This document shows positions 51,631 through 60,053 of a DNA stretch of 64,000 nt, in pieces. The translations under genes were made by a program, and so were the position numbers. Under the pieces are notes generated by a model. It saw only the letters and a program-made list of their open reading frames with translations, did not search any database and was not told the origin of the DNA. The number at the start of each line of letters is the position of its first letter. Within the stretch, counting starts at the first letter, position 1. The stretch comes from an uncultured Acidobacteriota bacterium (GTDB lineage: Bacteria > Acidobacteriota > Thermoanaerobaculia > UBA5066): contig CAVRJB010000019.1 of the NCBI GenBank assembly GCA_963721385.1, positions 389,513 through 453,512 on the forward strand. Direction: 5' to 3'.

Positions 51631-53300
51631 GCGATGCCCCGGGTCAGGAGGCGGGCCGCCTCGCCGGCCGGGAGGTCGTCCAGAATCCGGTCGATCGGCA
51701 AGCGGGCGAAGCGAAGGGCCGCGTCGCGGAACGGGCTCCCCTCGCCGGCGTGCCGCGCCTCGTCGACGAGGAGGAGGAGCTGGAGGGCCCCTCCGACCGT
51801 CAGCGCGAACCGGCGCGCTCCCGCCTCCATCTCGGCGGCGTCCCGCGACGTCCGTTCGAGCCAGGCCGCCGCGTGCTCGAGCGCCTCGTCGGCGCGCCGC
51901 CCCGCGTCCGCCAGCGCTCCGCCGGTCCCGGCGAGACACCGGTCCCGCTCCCGCTCGGCCGGCCCGAGGCCGCCGCTCTTCGACAGGGCTCGAAGAAGAT
52001 CGAGCGAGAGGACGTTCGTGGTCCCCTCCCAGATCGGAAGCACCTGCGCGTCGCGGAGGAGGCGCGGAAGCCCCGTGTCCTCGACGTAGCCCGCTCCGCC
52101 GAACGACTCGAGCGCCTCGCTCGCCACGGCGACGGCCTGCTTCCCCGTCGTCAGCTTGGCGAGCGGCGTCAGGATCCGGAGGAGGCTCCGCTCCTCGTCG
52201 GTCGCCACGCCGCACTCTTCCCGTCCGGTCAGCTCGACGATCCGGAAGGCGAGAAGAAACGCCCCGGCGAAGGTCGCCTCGAGGTCGGCGAGCGTGTCGG
52301 CGTGGAGGGGCTTTTCCGAGAGCGGCGCGCCGAAGGCGGTCCGCCGCGCCGCGTAGTCCCGCGCCAGGTCGAGCGCCCGGCGCATGCCGGCCGAGGCGCA
52401 GACGGCGTTCCACGTCCGCGTGACGTTGAGCATCGTCGTGATGTTCTTCACGCCGTCGGTCAGCCCCCGGACGGGGACGGCGCGGGCGCCCGAGAGCTCG
52501 ATCTCCGCGGTCGGGACCATCCGCGTGCCGAGCTTGTCCTTCAGGCGGTTGATGACGATGCCGTTCGGCGCCCCGTGTTCGTCGCGGGTCTCGAGGTAGA
52601 AGAGGGCGAGGCCGGCGCCCCCCGGAGGGTTCCCCTCGGGCCGCGCGAGCGTCAGCGCCATCTCGGACGTCGTCGCCGAGGTGAACCACTTCGTCCCCCA
52701 GAGGCGCCACTCTTTTCCGTCCCCGCGGGCGACGGACTGCGTCGTCGCCACGTCCGAACCGCCGGTCTTCTCGGTCATCCACTGGCCCGAGGTCCAGGCA
52801 CGAGCCGGATCGCGGCTCGTCAGTCGCGGAAGCGCGCGGGCGGCGAGCTCGGCGTTTCCCGAGCGAAGAAGGGTCTTCGCGGCGCCGTCGGTCATCGCGA
52901 GCGGGCAGGTGTAGACGGCCGTCGACGGGTCGAAGAGGTAGACGAGCGCGAACTGGACAAGGCGGGAGGCGGGGCCGTACGTCCGCTCGTAGGGGAGGGC
53001 CACGAGCCCCAGCTCCGCGGCGAGCCGCGCGGCCTCGGTCCAGAGCGGCGTCAGCTCGATCCGGTCGACCCGTTTGCCCCAGGGGTCGAAACAGGTCAGT
53101 GAGGGCTCGGCGTCGGGATTCGACGCGAGAAGATCGTGGAGCTCCCCTCCCGCGAGCCGTCCCGTTTCGGCGAGGGCAGGCTCGGCGGCGCGGAGGACCT
53201 CGGGGGAGAGGTGCCGCGCGAGGTAGCTGCGGAGAAACGGATCCGAGACCCAGGTATTCGCCGGAGGCCGCGGAGGGTCCTGGAAGAAGGGTTCGATCAT
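51627..53300 (-). CDS. acyl-CoA dehydrogenase family protein, AidB-like (557 aa)
   Basis: Length and layout match AidB-type ACADs. TSGQWMTEKTGGSDV, FGAPLSEKPLHADTLADLE and GGAGYVEDTGLPRLLRDAQVLPIWEGTTNV are present. Confidence 0.82.
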   Translation of the reverse strand: MIEPFFQDPPRPPANTWVSDPFLRSYLARHLSPEVLRAAEPALAETGRLAGGELHDLLASNPDAEPSLTCFDPWGKRVDRIELTPLWTEAARLAAELGLVALPYERTYGPASRLVQFALVYLFDPSTAVYTCPLAMTDGAAKTLLRSGNAELAARALPRLTSRDPARAWTSGQWMTEKTGGSDVATTQSVARGDGKEWRLWGTKWFTSATTSEMALTLARPEGNPPGGAGLALFYLETRDEHGAPNGIVINRLKDKLGTRMVPTAEIELSGARAVPVRGLTDGVKNITTMLNVTRTWNAVCASAGMRRALDLARDYAARRTAFGAPLSEKPLHADTLADLEATFAGAFLLAFRIVELTGREECGVATDEERSLLRILTPLAKLTTGKQAVAVASEALESFGGAGYVEDTGLPRLLRDAQVLPIWEGTTNVLSLDLLRALSKSGGLGPAERERDRCLAGTGGALADAGRRADEALEHAAAWLERTSRDAAEMEAGARRFALTVGGALQLLLLVDEARHAGEGSPFRDAALRFARLPIDRILDDLPAGEAARLLTRGIA

Positions 53301-54475
53301 CCGACCTGCCGGAGCGCGTTCGTGATCTTCGTGAAGGCGGCCCGGCCGGCCGGGAAGACGCCCCCGAAGAAGCCCATCAGGAGGGAGAAGACGACGCCCG
53401 TCATGAGGAGCTGCGGCGTCAGGCGGAACGCGAAGACGACCTCCGAGAAGGTGGCGAAGTTCGTCGTCCCGGTGACGCCCGAGAGGGCCAGCTTCACGGC
53501 GAGGATCCCGAGGAAGCAGCCGAGGATGCCGCCGAGGAGGGCGAGGAAGATCGACTCCAGGACGAACGACGCCATGACGGACAGGCGCGAGAAGCCGAGG
53601 GCGCGGAGCGTCGCGATCTCGCGCGTCCGCGCCGAGACGGCGGCGTACATCGTGTTCATGGCGCCGAAGCAGGCGCCGATCGCCATGACGACGCCGACGA
53701 AGAAGCCGAGGAACTTGATCGGCGCCGCGGTGGACGTCTGCTCGTCGTAGTACTTCCGCTCGATCTTCCCCTCCAGCGCGAGCCTCGGGTCGCCCGCGAG
53801 CCCGGCCAGGAACTGGTCGCGGCCGGCGCGGTCCGTCGTCCGCGCGAGGACGGACGAGTAGCCGTTCCGCTTGAAGTCCGTCGCCATCGACTCGACGTCG
53901 GTCCAGATCTCGCTGTCGGGGGCCGTGCCGCCGGCGTCGAAGAGGCCCACGACCGTCCAGCGGTAGGCCCCGAACCGGATCGTCTGCCCGATGCCGCAGC
54001 TCGCGAAGCGGCGCGCGACGCTCATCGAGACGATCACCTCCGACTTGCCGGGCTCGAACATCCGCCCCTTCTCGAGGTTGAGGCCCGGCCGGAGCTTCAT
54101 CGCCTTCTCGGCGACGCCCCGGATCGTCACGTTGGACGACCCGCCGCCCAGCTTGTCGAGGTTCAGGACGACGACGAGCTCGTTCGAGGCGAGGGGCTTC
54201 CCGTCCGCGTCCTTCGCGATCCCGGGGAGCGTCATGAGGAGCGGCACCTGGTCCCGCGAGATTCCCGACTGGAGCTCCGACTGCGAGTTCTGCCGGAGGA
54301 CGAGGACGTTGCTGTCCGAGCCCGACGCCGTGAAGACGCGGGTCAGTCCCTCGCCGAGCGACATGACGCAGAGGAAGACGGCCACGACGAGCCCGATGCC
54401 GAGGACGGTCAGGAACGTCGTGATCTTCCGGACGAAGAGGTTGCGCCAGTTGTACTTGAGCGGGATCGCGAGCAT
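53297..54475 (-). CDS. MacB/FtsX-type ABC permease (divergent, DevC-like copy)
   Basis: NWRNLFVRKITTFLTVLGIGLVVAVF (TM1), a periplasmic domain, and C-terminal FtsX TM2-4 with REIATLRALGF. 392 aa. Confidence 0.85.
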   Translation of the reverse strand: MLAIPLKYNWRNLFVRKITTFLTVLGIGLVVAVFLCVMSLGEGLTRVFTASGSDSNVLVLRQNSQSELQSGISRDQVPLLMTLPGIAKDADGKPLASNELVVVLNLDKLGGGSSNVTIRGVAEKAMKLRPGLNLEKGRMFEPGKSEVIVSMSVARRFASCGIGQTIRFGAYRWTVVGLFDAGGTAPDSEIWTDVESMATDFKRNGYSSVLARTTDRAGRDQFLAGLAGDPRLALEGKIERKYYDEQTSTAAPIKFLGFFVGVVMAIGACFGAMNTMYAAVSARTREIATLRALGFSRLSVMASFVLESIFLALLGGILGCFLGILAVKLALSGVTGTTNFATFSEVVFAFRLTPQLLMTGVVFSLLMGFFGGVFPAGRAAFTKITNALRQVG

Positions 54476-54485
54476 TTGACCTCCG

Positions 54486-55643
54486 TCAGACCACCTGTCT
54501 GAGACCGTCGACGATGGAGCGGCGGGACGAGCGCAGGGCCGGCCCGAGGCCGGCGAGGATGCCGACGAGGAGCGTCAGGGCGAACGCCCCGGCGAGGACC
54601 TCCGGATAGACCCGCAGCGCTGCGGCGAGGCCGGCGAGCGGCGAGTAGAGGACGAAGGCGCGAAGATTCGGGAAGAGGCCGAGAAACAGGGCGAGGCCGA
54701 GACCGGCCCCGGCGAGCGAGAGGAGGGCGCTCTCGCCGACGAGGAGGCCGAAGAGCGTCTGCCGCGTGAAGCCGAGCGTCCGGAGGACGGCGAACTCGAC
54801 GACCCGCTCGCGCGCGGCCATCGCCATCGTGTTCGCGGCGATCAGGAGGACGACCGCGGCCACGACGACCGTCAGGCTGCGGAAGAAGAGCTTCACGTTC
54901 CCGAGGAGGGCGACGTAGTTGTTCTGGAACTCCTTCTCGGTCTCGGCGCGGACGGGGAACGGGGAGTTCTCGAACAGGGCGTTGATCCGCGGGATGAGGT
55001 CGCGGGCGGCCGCGGCCCCGTCGGCCTTCACCCAGATCATCGTGTACCGGCCCGCCCGGTGGGGGAGCGCTTCGTCGATCACCTTCTGGTCGAAGAAGAC
55101 GGCGGCCTCGTCGTTCCCGCGGTAGACGGCCCGGATCGTGAAGGTGTAGACGCCCGGCCAGATGTCGCCCGTGAGGGTGATCTGCTGTCCCAGCTTCCAG
55201 CCGTACTTCTTCATCAGGAGCTCGCCGACGAGGAGCCCGCTCCGGTCGGCCTTCCACGCCTCGGCCGAGCCGTCCACGACTCCCTCGGTGTCGAAGACGT
55301 CGAAGAAGGCGGGCGGGTCGACGGCGAAGCGCTCGAAGACGTTGAACGCGGAAAAGTCGACGTAGCGGCCGCCGAACCAGTTGAAGGGCGTCACGGCCTT
55401 CACGCCGGGAAGCGTCCGGATCTTTTCGAGGTGAGACGCCGGGAGGACGTTGGCGATCGAGACCTTGTGCCGGACGGCGAGGCGGAACATCCCGCGCCCC
55501 TGCGAGGGATCCGCGTCGAGCATCGCGAGGAACGTCCCGAGGAGGCAGATGACGAGAAAGGGGAGGAGGATCGAGCCGATCGTGAGGCCCGACCGGGTCC
55601 TCTTCCGGAGCAGGTTCTTCAGGACGTACGGAAGGAACTTCAT
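54486..55643 (-). CDS. MacB/FtsX-type ABC permease, paralog 2
   Basis: MKFLPYVLKNLLRKRTRSGLTIGSILL, AANTMAMAARERVVEFAVLRTLGF. 385 aa. Its ATG shares one nt with the upstream stop (TGATG). Confidence 0.88.
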   Translation of the reverse strand: MKFLPYVLKNLLRKRTRSGLTIGSILLPFLVICLLGTFLAMLDADPSQGRGMFRLAVRHKVSIANVLPASHLEKIRTLPGVKAVTPFNWFGGRYVDFSAFNVFERFAVDPPAFFDVFDTEGVVDGSAEAWKADRSGLLVGELLMKKYGWKLGQQITLTGDIWPGVYTFTIRAVYRGNDEAAVFFDQKVIDEALPHRAGRYTMIWVKADGAAAARDLIPRINALFENSPFPVRAETEKEFQNNYVALLGNVKLFFRSLTVVVAAVVLLIAANTMAMAARERVVEFAVLRTLGFTRQTLFGLLVGESALLSLAGAGLGLALFLGLFPNLRAFVLYSPLAGLAAALRVYPEVLAGAFALTLLVGILAGLGPALRSSRRSIVDGLRQVV

Positions 55644-56809
55644 CACCCGACCTGCCGGAGGCCGTCGGTGATCGTCCGCTGCGAGGCGCGGACGGCCGGC
55701 ACGACGCCGGCGAGGATCCCGATGAGAAGCGTCGCGAAGAACGCCACGCCGAGAAGGAGCGGGTCGGGCAGGGCCCCCATCCCGGCGGCGAAGCCCCCCA
55801 TCGGCGAGTACTGGATTCCCTTCCGGAAAGCGGGGTAGAAGAGCGTGAAGAGGCCGAGGCCGAGGAAGCCGCCGAAGACGGCCAGCAGGACGCTCTCGCC
55901 GAGGATCATTCCGAGGATCGTTTCTTTCGGGTAGCCGAGCGTCCGGAGGACCGCGATCTCGGTGATCCGCTCCCGGGCCGCCATCGCCATCGTGTTCGCG
56001 GCGATCAGGAGGATGACGAACCCGATGATGACGGCGATGGAGGTGAGGAGGAGCTTGACGTTTCCGAGCATGGAGACCCAGCCGTTCTGGAACTCCTTCT
56101 CCGTCTCCGTTCGCGTCGGGTGGTCGGAATTCTCGAAGAGGGCGTCGACCTGCGCGGGAATTTTCGCCGCGGCCCCCGGACTTGCTGCCTTGATCCAGTA
56201 CCAGCCGACGTAGCCCTTCACGCGCGGCAGCGCCTCCTCGATGTACGAATGGTGGAAGTAGAGGCCCGTCTCGTCCGGCCCCTTGTAGACGGCACGGATC
56301 GTCAGCTCGAGCGTGAGGGGGTAGATGTCCCCCTTCAGGGGGACCTTCTGGCCGAGCTTCCAGCCGTACTTCTGCATCAGGACGCCGCCCACGAGGGCGC
56401 CGGTCCGGTCCTTGACCCACTCCTCGGCCGAGCCCTCCGCCACCGACACTTCGTCGAAGACGCGGAGGAGCGCTTCGGGGTCCGACGTGGAAAAGCGGGC
56501 GAACTGGTTCTTCGCCGACTGGTCGATGTAGGCGCCGCCGAACCAGTTCATCCGGACGATCTCGGTGACGCCCGGAATCTGCCGGATCTTGGGGCCCTGC
56601 GACTCGAGGAGCCAGTTCGTGATCGAGACCTTGTGCCGGGTGATGAGACGGTACATCCCCTTCCCGTTCGAGGGGTCCGCCTCGAGCGCACGGAGGAGCG
56701 TCCCGAGGATGCAGATGACGAAGAGCGGCAGGAGGATCGACCCGACCGTCAGGATCGAACGGGTCTTCTTCCGGAAGAGGTTCTTGAGGACGAACGGGAG
56801 GTACTTCAT
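55643..56809 (-). CDS. MacB/FtsX-type ABC permease, paralog 3
   Basis: MKYLPFVLKNLFRKKTRSILTVGSILL, AANTMAMAARERITEIAVLRTLGY. 388 aa. ATGA overlap with the upstream gene. Confidence 0.88.
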   Translation of the reverse strand: MKYLPFVLKNLFRKKTRSILTVGSILLPLFVICILGTLLRALEADPSNGKGMYRLITRHKVSITNWLLESQGPKIRQIPGVTEIVRMNWFGGAYIDQSAKNQFARFSTSDPEALLRVFDEVSVAEGSAEEWVKDRTGALVGGVLMQKYGWKLGQKVPLKGDIYPLTLELTIRAVYKGPDETGLYFHHSYIEEALPRVKGYVGWYWIKAASPGAAAKIPAQVDALFENSDHPTRTETEKEFQNGWVSMLGNVKLLLTSIAVIIGFVILLIAANTMAMAARERITEIAVLRTLGYPKETILGMILGESVLLAVFGGFLGLGLFTLFYPAFRKGIQYSPMGGFAAGMGALPDPLLLGVAFFATLLIGILAGVVPAVRASQRTITDGLRQVG

Positions 56810-57972
56810 ACCGCCTGCCGCAGCCCCTCCACGATCGGCCGCCGCGCCGACCGGATGGCCGGGACGAGCCCGGCCACGAGGCCGACGGAGACCGTGATGA
56901 AGAGTCCCATCGCGAGGACCTCCGGGAAGAGGCCGAACGACGCCGCGAACCCGGACATCGGCGACTGCATGAGCCCCGCCTTCAGGCCCGGCTCCGCGAG
57001 GACGAAGAGGAGGATCCCGAGCCCGCCGCCGATCAGCGCGAGGAGGAGACTCTCGGCGAGGACCATGCCGAGGATGGCCGGCTTCCCGAAGCCGAGCGTC
57101 CGGAGGACCGCGATCTCCGTCACCCGCTCGCGCGCGGCCATCGCCATCGTGTTGGCGGCGATCAGGAAGATGACGAAGACGATGATGGTGGCGATGGCGT
57201 TGATCAGGAGCTTCACGTTCCCGAGCATCTGGACGAAGCCCATCTGGAAGGCCTTCTCGCTCTCGGTCTTCGTCGGCGCCGCGGCGTTCTCGAACATCGC
57301 GTCGATCTCGCGCGTCAGCCGCTCGGCAGCGGGGCCGTCGGCCGCCTTCACCCAGACGGTTCCGACCTGTCCCGCCACGGACGGCAGGGCCTCCTCGAGG
57401 TACTTCCGGTTGAAGAAGACCGACATCGCGTTCCCGTCGGGGAGCTGGAAGATCCCCCGGACCGTCAGCTCCAGCGTCACGGGGAAGATGTCGCCGACGA
57501 GGACGACCTTGTCGCCGAGTTTCCAGCCGAACTTCTTCACGAGGTTGTCGCCGACGACGGCGCCGGTCCGGTCGGCCAGCCACTCCTCCTTCGAGCCGGC
57601 GACGATCTTCGCGTCGTCGAAGACCTGGAGGAACGTCTCCGGCTCGACCGCGAAGCGGGGGAAGAAGTTCTTCGCCGACTGGTCGACGTACTTCCCGCCG
57701 AACCAGGTGAACTTCGTCGCGGCGACGACGCCCGGGAGCTGGCGGATCTTCTCGAAGTAGGCGACGGGCAGCGGGTTCCCGAGCGACACCTTGTGCCGCG
57801 TCACCGTCCGGAACATCCCGCGGGTGGCGCCCGGGTCCGGGCGGTCGAGCGCCCGGAGGAACGTCCCCATCAGGTTGATGACGAGGAGCGGCAGGACGAT
57901 CGACGCGATGGTCAGCGCCGTCCGCGTCTTCTTCCGGAAGACGTTCTTGAGCACCAGGGGGAGGAACTTCAA
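56806..57972 (-). CDS. MacB/FtsX-type ABC permease, paralog 4 (TTG start)
   Basis: (M)KFLPLVLKNVFRKKTRTALTIASIVL, AANTMAMAARERVTEIAVLRTLGF. The TTG overlaps the ATPase stop (TTGA). Confidence 0.86.
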   Translation of the reverse strand: MKFLPLVLKNVFRKKTRTALTIASIVLPLLVINLMGTFLRALDRPDPGATRGMFRTVTRHKVSLGNPLPVAYFEKIRQLPGVVAATKFTWFGGKYVDQSAKNFFPRFAVEPETFLQVFDDAKIVAGSKEEWLADRTGAVVGDNLVKKFGWKLGDKVVLVGDIFPVTLELTVRGIFQLPDGNAMSVFFNRKYLEEALPSVAGQVGTVWVKAADGPAAERLTREIDAMFENAAAPTKTESEKAFQMGFVQMLGNVKLLINAIATIIVFVIFLIAANTMAMAARERVTEIAVLRTLGFGKPAILGMVLAESLLLALIGGGLGILLFVLAEPGLKAGLMQSPMSGFAASFGLFPEVLAMGLFITVSVGLVAGLVPAIRSARRPIVEGLRQAV

Positions 57973-58727
57973 GGGGCGCCCATCCCTCCGCCGGACGCCG
58001 CGATGGCCGCGGCCATCCCGACTTCCTTCTGGCCCGCCGCCGCGCGGAAGTCCTCCTTGAGGACTCCCTTGTCGAGGTGGACGAGCCGGTGCGCGCGCGC
58101 CGCGGCGCGGGGGTCGTGCGTCACCATGACGATCGTCTTCTTGAACTCGTCGTTCAGCCGCTCGAGAAGGACGAGGATCTCCTCGCCGCTCTTGGCGTCG
58201 AGGTCGCCGGTCGGCTCGTCGGCCACGAGGAGCTTCGGGTCCGTCGCGATGGCGCGCGCGATGGCGACGCGCTGCTCCTGCCCGCCCGAGAGCTGCCGCG
58301 GGTAGTGGTCCATCCGGTCCGAGAGGCCGACGATCGAGAGGGCCAGCTCCGCCTGCTTCCGGCGGCGGACCCGGGAGAGCTTCGTCAGGAGGAGCGGCAG
58401 CTCGACGTTCTCGAAGGCCGTCAGGACGGGGACGAGGTTGTAGAGCTGGAAGATGAAGCCGATGTTGCCGCTCCGCCACTTCGCGAGCTGGCCCTCGCTC
58501 ATCCCGCCGACGCTGACCCCGCCGACCACGATCTTCCCGGAGGTCGGCCGGTCGATCCCCGCCACGAGGTTGAGAAGCGTCGTCTTCCCCGACCCGGACG
58601 GGCCCATCAGGGCGATGAACTCCCCCTCGTCGACGGAGAGGCTGAGTCCCGTGAGAACCGTCAGGGTCTGCGTGTCGCGGGTGTAGCTCTTGACGAGGTT
58701 GTCGATCTGGATGAACGGCTCGGCCAT
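57969..58727 (-). CDS. ABC transporter ATP-binding protein (MacB/LolD-type NBD)
   Basis: Start ATG 58727 (MAEPFIQIDNLVKSY). Walker [10 protein letters not shown], signature LSGGQEQRVAIARA, Walker B LLVADEPTGDLD, H-loop VTHD. Confidence 0.93.
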   Translation of the reverse strand: MAEPFIQIDNLVKSYTRDTQTLTVLTGLSLSVDEGEFIALMGPSGSGKTTLLNLVAGIDRPTSGKIVVGGVSVGGMSEGQLAKWRSGNIGFIFQLYNLVPVLTAFENVELPLLLTKLSRVRRRKQAELALSIVGLSDRMDHYPRQLSGGQEQRVAIARAIATDPKLLVADEPTGDLDAKSGEEILVLLERLNDEFKKTIVMVTHDPRAAARAHRLVHLDKGVLKEDFRAAAGQKEVGMAAAIAASGGGMGAP

Positions 58728-58750
58728 CGGATCTCCTTCGGTGTCCCGGC

Positions 58751-59959
58751 TCAGTCCTTCTTGACGCGGACCTTCTGCTCGGCCCGCCACGCGCGCGTCC
58801 CGGCCGCGTCGGCGACGACCTCTTCGCCGCCCGCGGCTCCCGCCGTCACCTCGATCTGGGTCCCGGCCTCGCGGCCCAGGGTCAGCGCCCGAAAGGCGGC
58901 GCGGTCGCCCGTCACGAAGAGAGCGCCCTTCTTCCCGTCCACCTCGACGACCGAGGCGGCGGGGATCATCACCTTCGGCTTCGCGTTCTCGGCCACCTTC
59001 CGCCCGGGGTCGAGGAAGACGACGCGGCACGACATCTCGGGGAGGACCCGCGCGTCCCGGTCGGTGATCTCGACCTTCACCTTGACCGATCCCTTCTGCC
59101 GGTCGGCCGTCGGGACGATCTGGCGGAGGCGGGCCTTGTACGGCCGGTCGGGGTAGGCGTCCAGCGTCACCTCCGCCGGCTGGCCGAGGACCAGCTTGCC
59201 GAGGTTCTGCTCGTTGATGTCGGCCTCCATCTCGAGCGAGCCGAGGTCGACGATGACGGCGAAGGTCGCGCCCGCCGAGCCGGCGCCGCCGAAGCCCTGG
59301 GGGGCGACCGTCTCGCCGAGGAAGGCCTTCTTCACGGTGACGACCCCGTCGATCGGGGCGTAGATCTCGGCGTTCTTGATCAGCTCCTCGGTGTACCTCA
59401 CCTGCTGGTCGATGGAGGCGATCTGGGCCGTGAGCGAGCGGACCTGCGCGTCGGCCGAGTCGTACGCCTGCTGGGTGCCGATCTTGTCCTCGAGGAGGGC
59501 CTTCGCCCGGTCCCGGTCCCGCTTCCCGTTGTCGAGCTGAGCGAGGACCTGGTCCTTCGTGGCGAGGTACTGGCGCTTCTGGGCCTCCAGCTCCTGCGAC
59601 TCGAGGCGGGCGACGAGTTCGCCCTTCTTCACGCGCTGCCCTTCTTCGAGGTTCAGCCAGGCGATCCGGCCGACCGACTTGGGGGAGATCTCGGCCTTCG
59701 ACCGGGCCACGATGTAGCCCGAGGCCGTCAGGATGGTCGAGGCCTGCGTCGGCGTGACGAGGGCGATCCGCGTCGTCGTCACCTCGGGGGCCCGGAGGGC
59801 GACGCCCCCCTTGGCTCGGACGGAAAGAAACGCGGCCCCGATCGCGAGGACCGCGATCGTGGCCAGGGCGGGGTAGAGAAAGCGCCGCGGAGAGGGAGCT
59901 TCGTCCCTCTCGATGCGGAGCCCGGTCAGGTCGGCAGTCTTGTTCTGGGGTTCCGTCAT
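58751..59959 (-). CDS. HlyD/MacA-family periplasmic adaptor (membrane fusion protein)
   Basis: ATG 59959 (alternative TTG 60022). N-terminal TM segment LYPALATIAVLAIGAAF, coiled-coil hairpin (QELEAQKRQYLATKDQVLAQLDNGKRDRDRAKALLED), lipoyl and beta-barrel segments. Confidence 0.88.
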   Translation of the reverse strand: MTEPQNKTADLTGLRIERDEAPSPRRFLYPALATIAVLAIGAAFLSVRAKGGVALRAPEVTTTRIALVTPTQASTILTASGYIVARSKAEISPKSVGRIAWLNLEEGQRVKKGELVARLESQELEAQKRQYLATKDQVLAQLDNGKRDRDRAKALLEDKIGTQQAYDSADAQVRSLTAQIASIDQQVRYTEELIKNAEIYAPIDGVVTVKKAFLGETVAPQGFGGAGSAGATFAVIVDLGSLEMEADINEQNLGKLVLGQPAEVTLDAYPDRPYKARLRQIVPTADRQKGSVKVKVEITDRDARVLPEMSCRVVFLDPGRKVAENAKPKVMIPAASVVEVDGKKGALFVTGDRAAFRALTLGREAGTQIEVTAGAAGGEEVVADAAGTRAWRAEQKVRVKKD

Positions 59960-60053
59960 GATCCTGGGCCGCCCCTTCGAAATGCGCGGCAGAGAGTCTA
60001 CAGGCCGGCCCCGGGCGGTCAAACCTCTCTACGTCGAAGGGTTCTCGGCAGTT

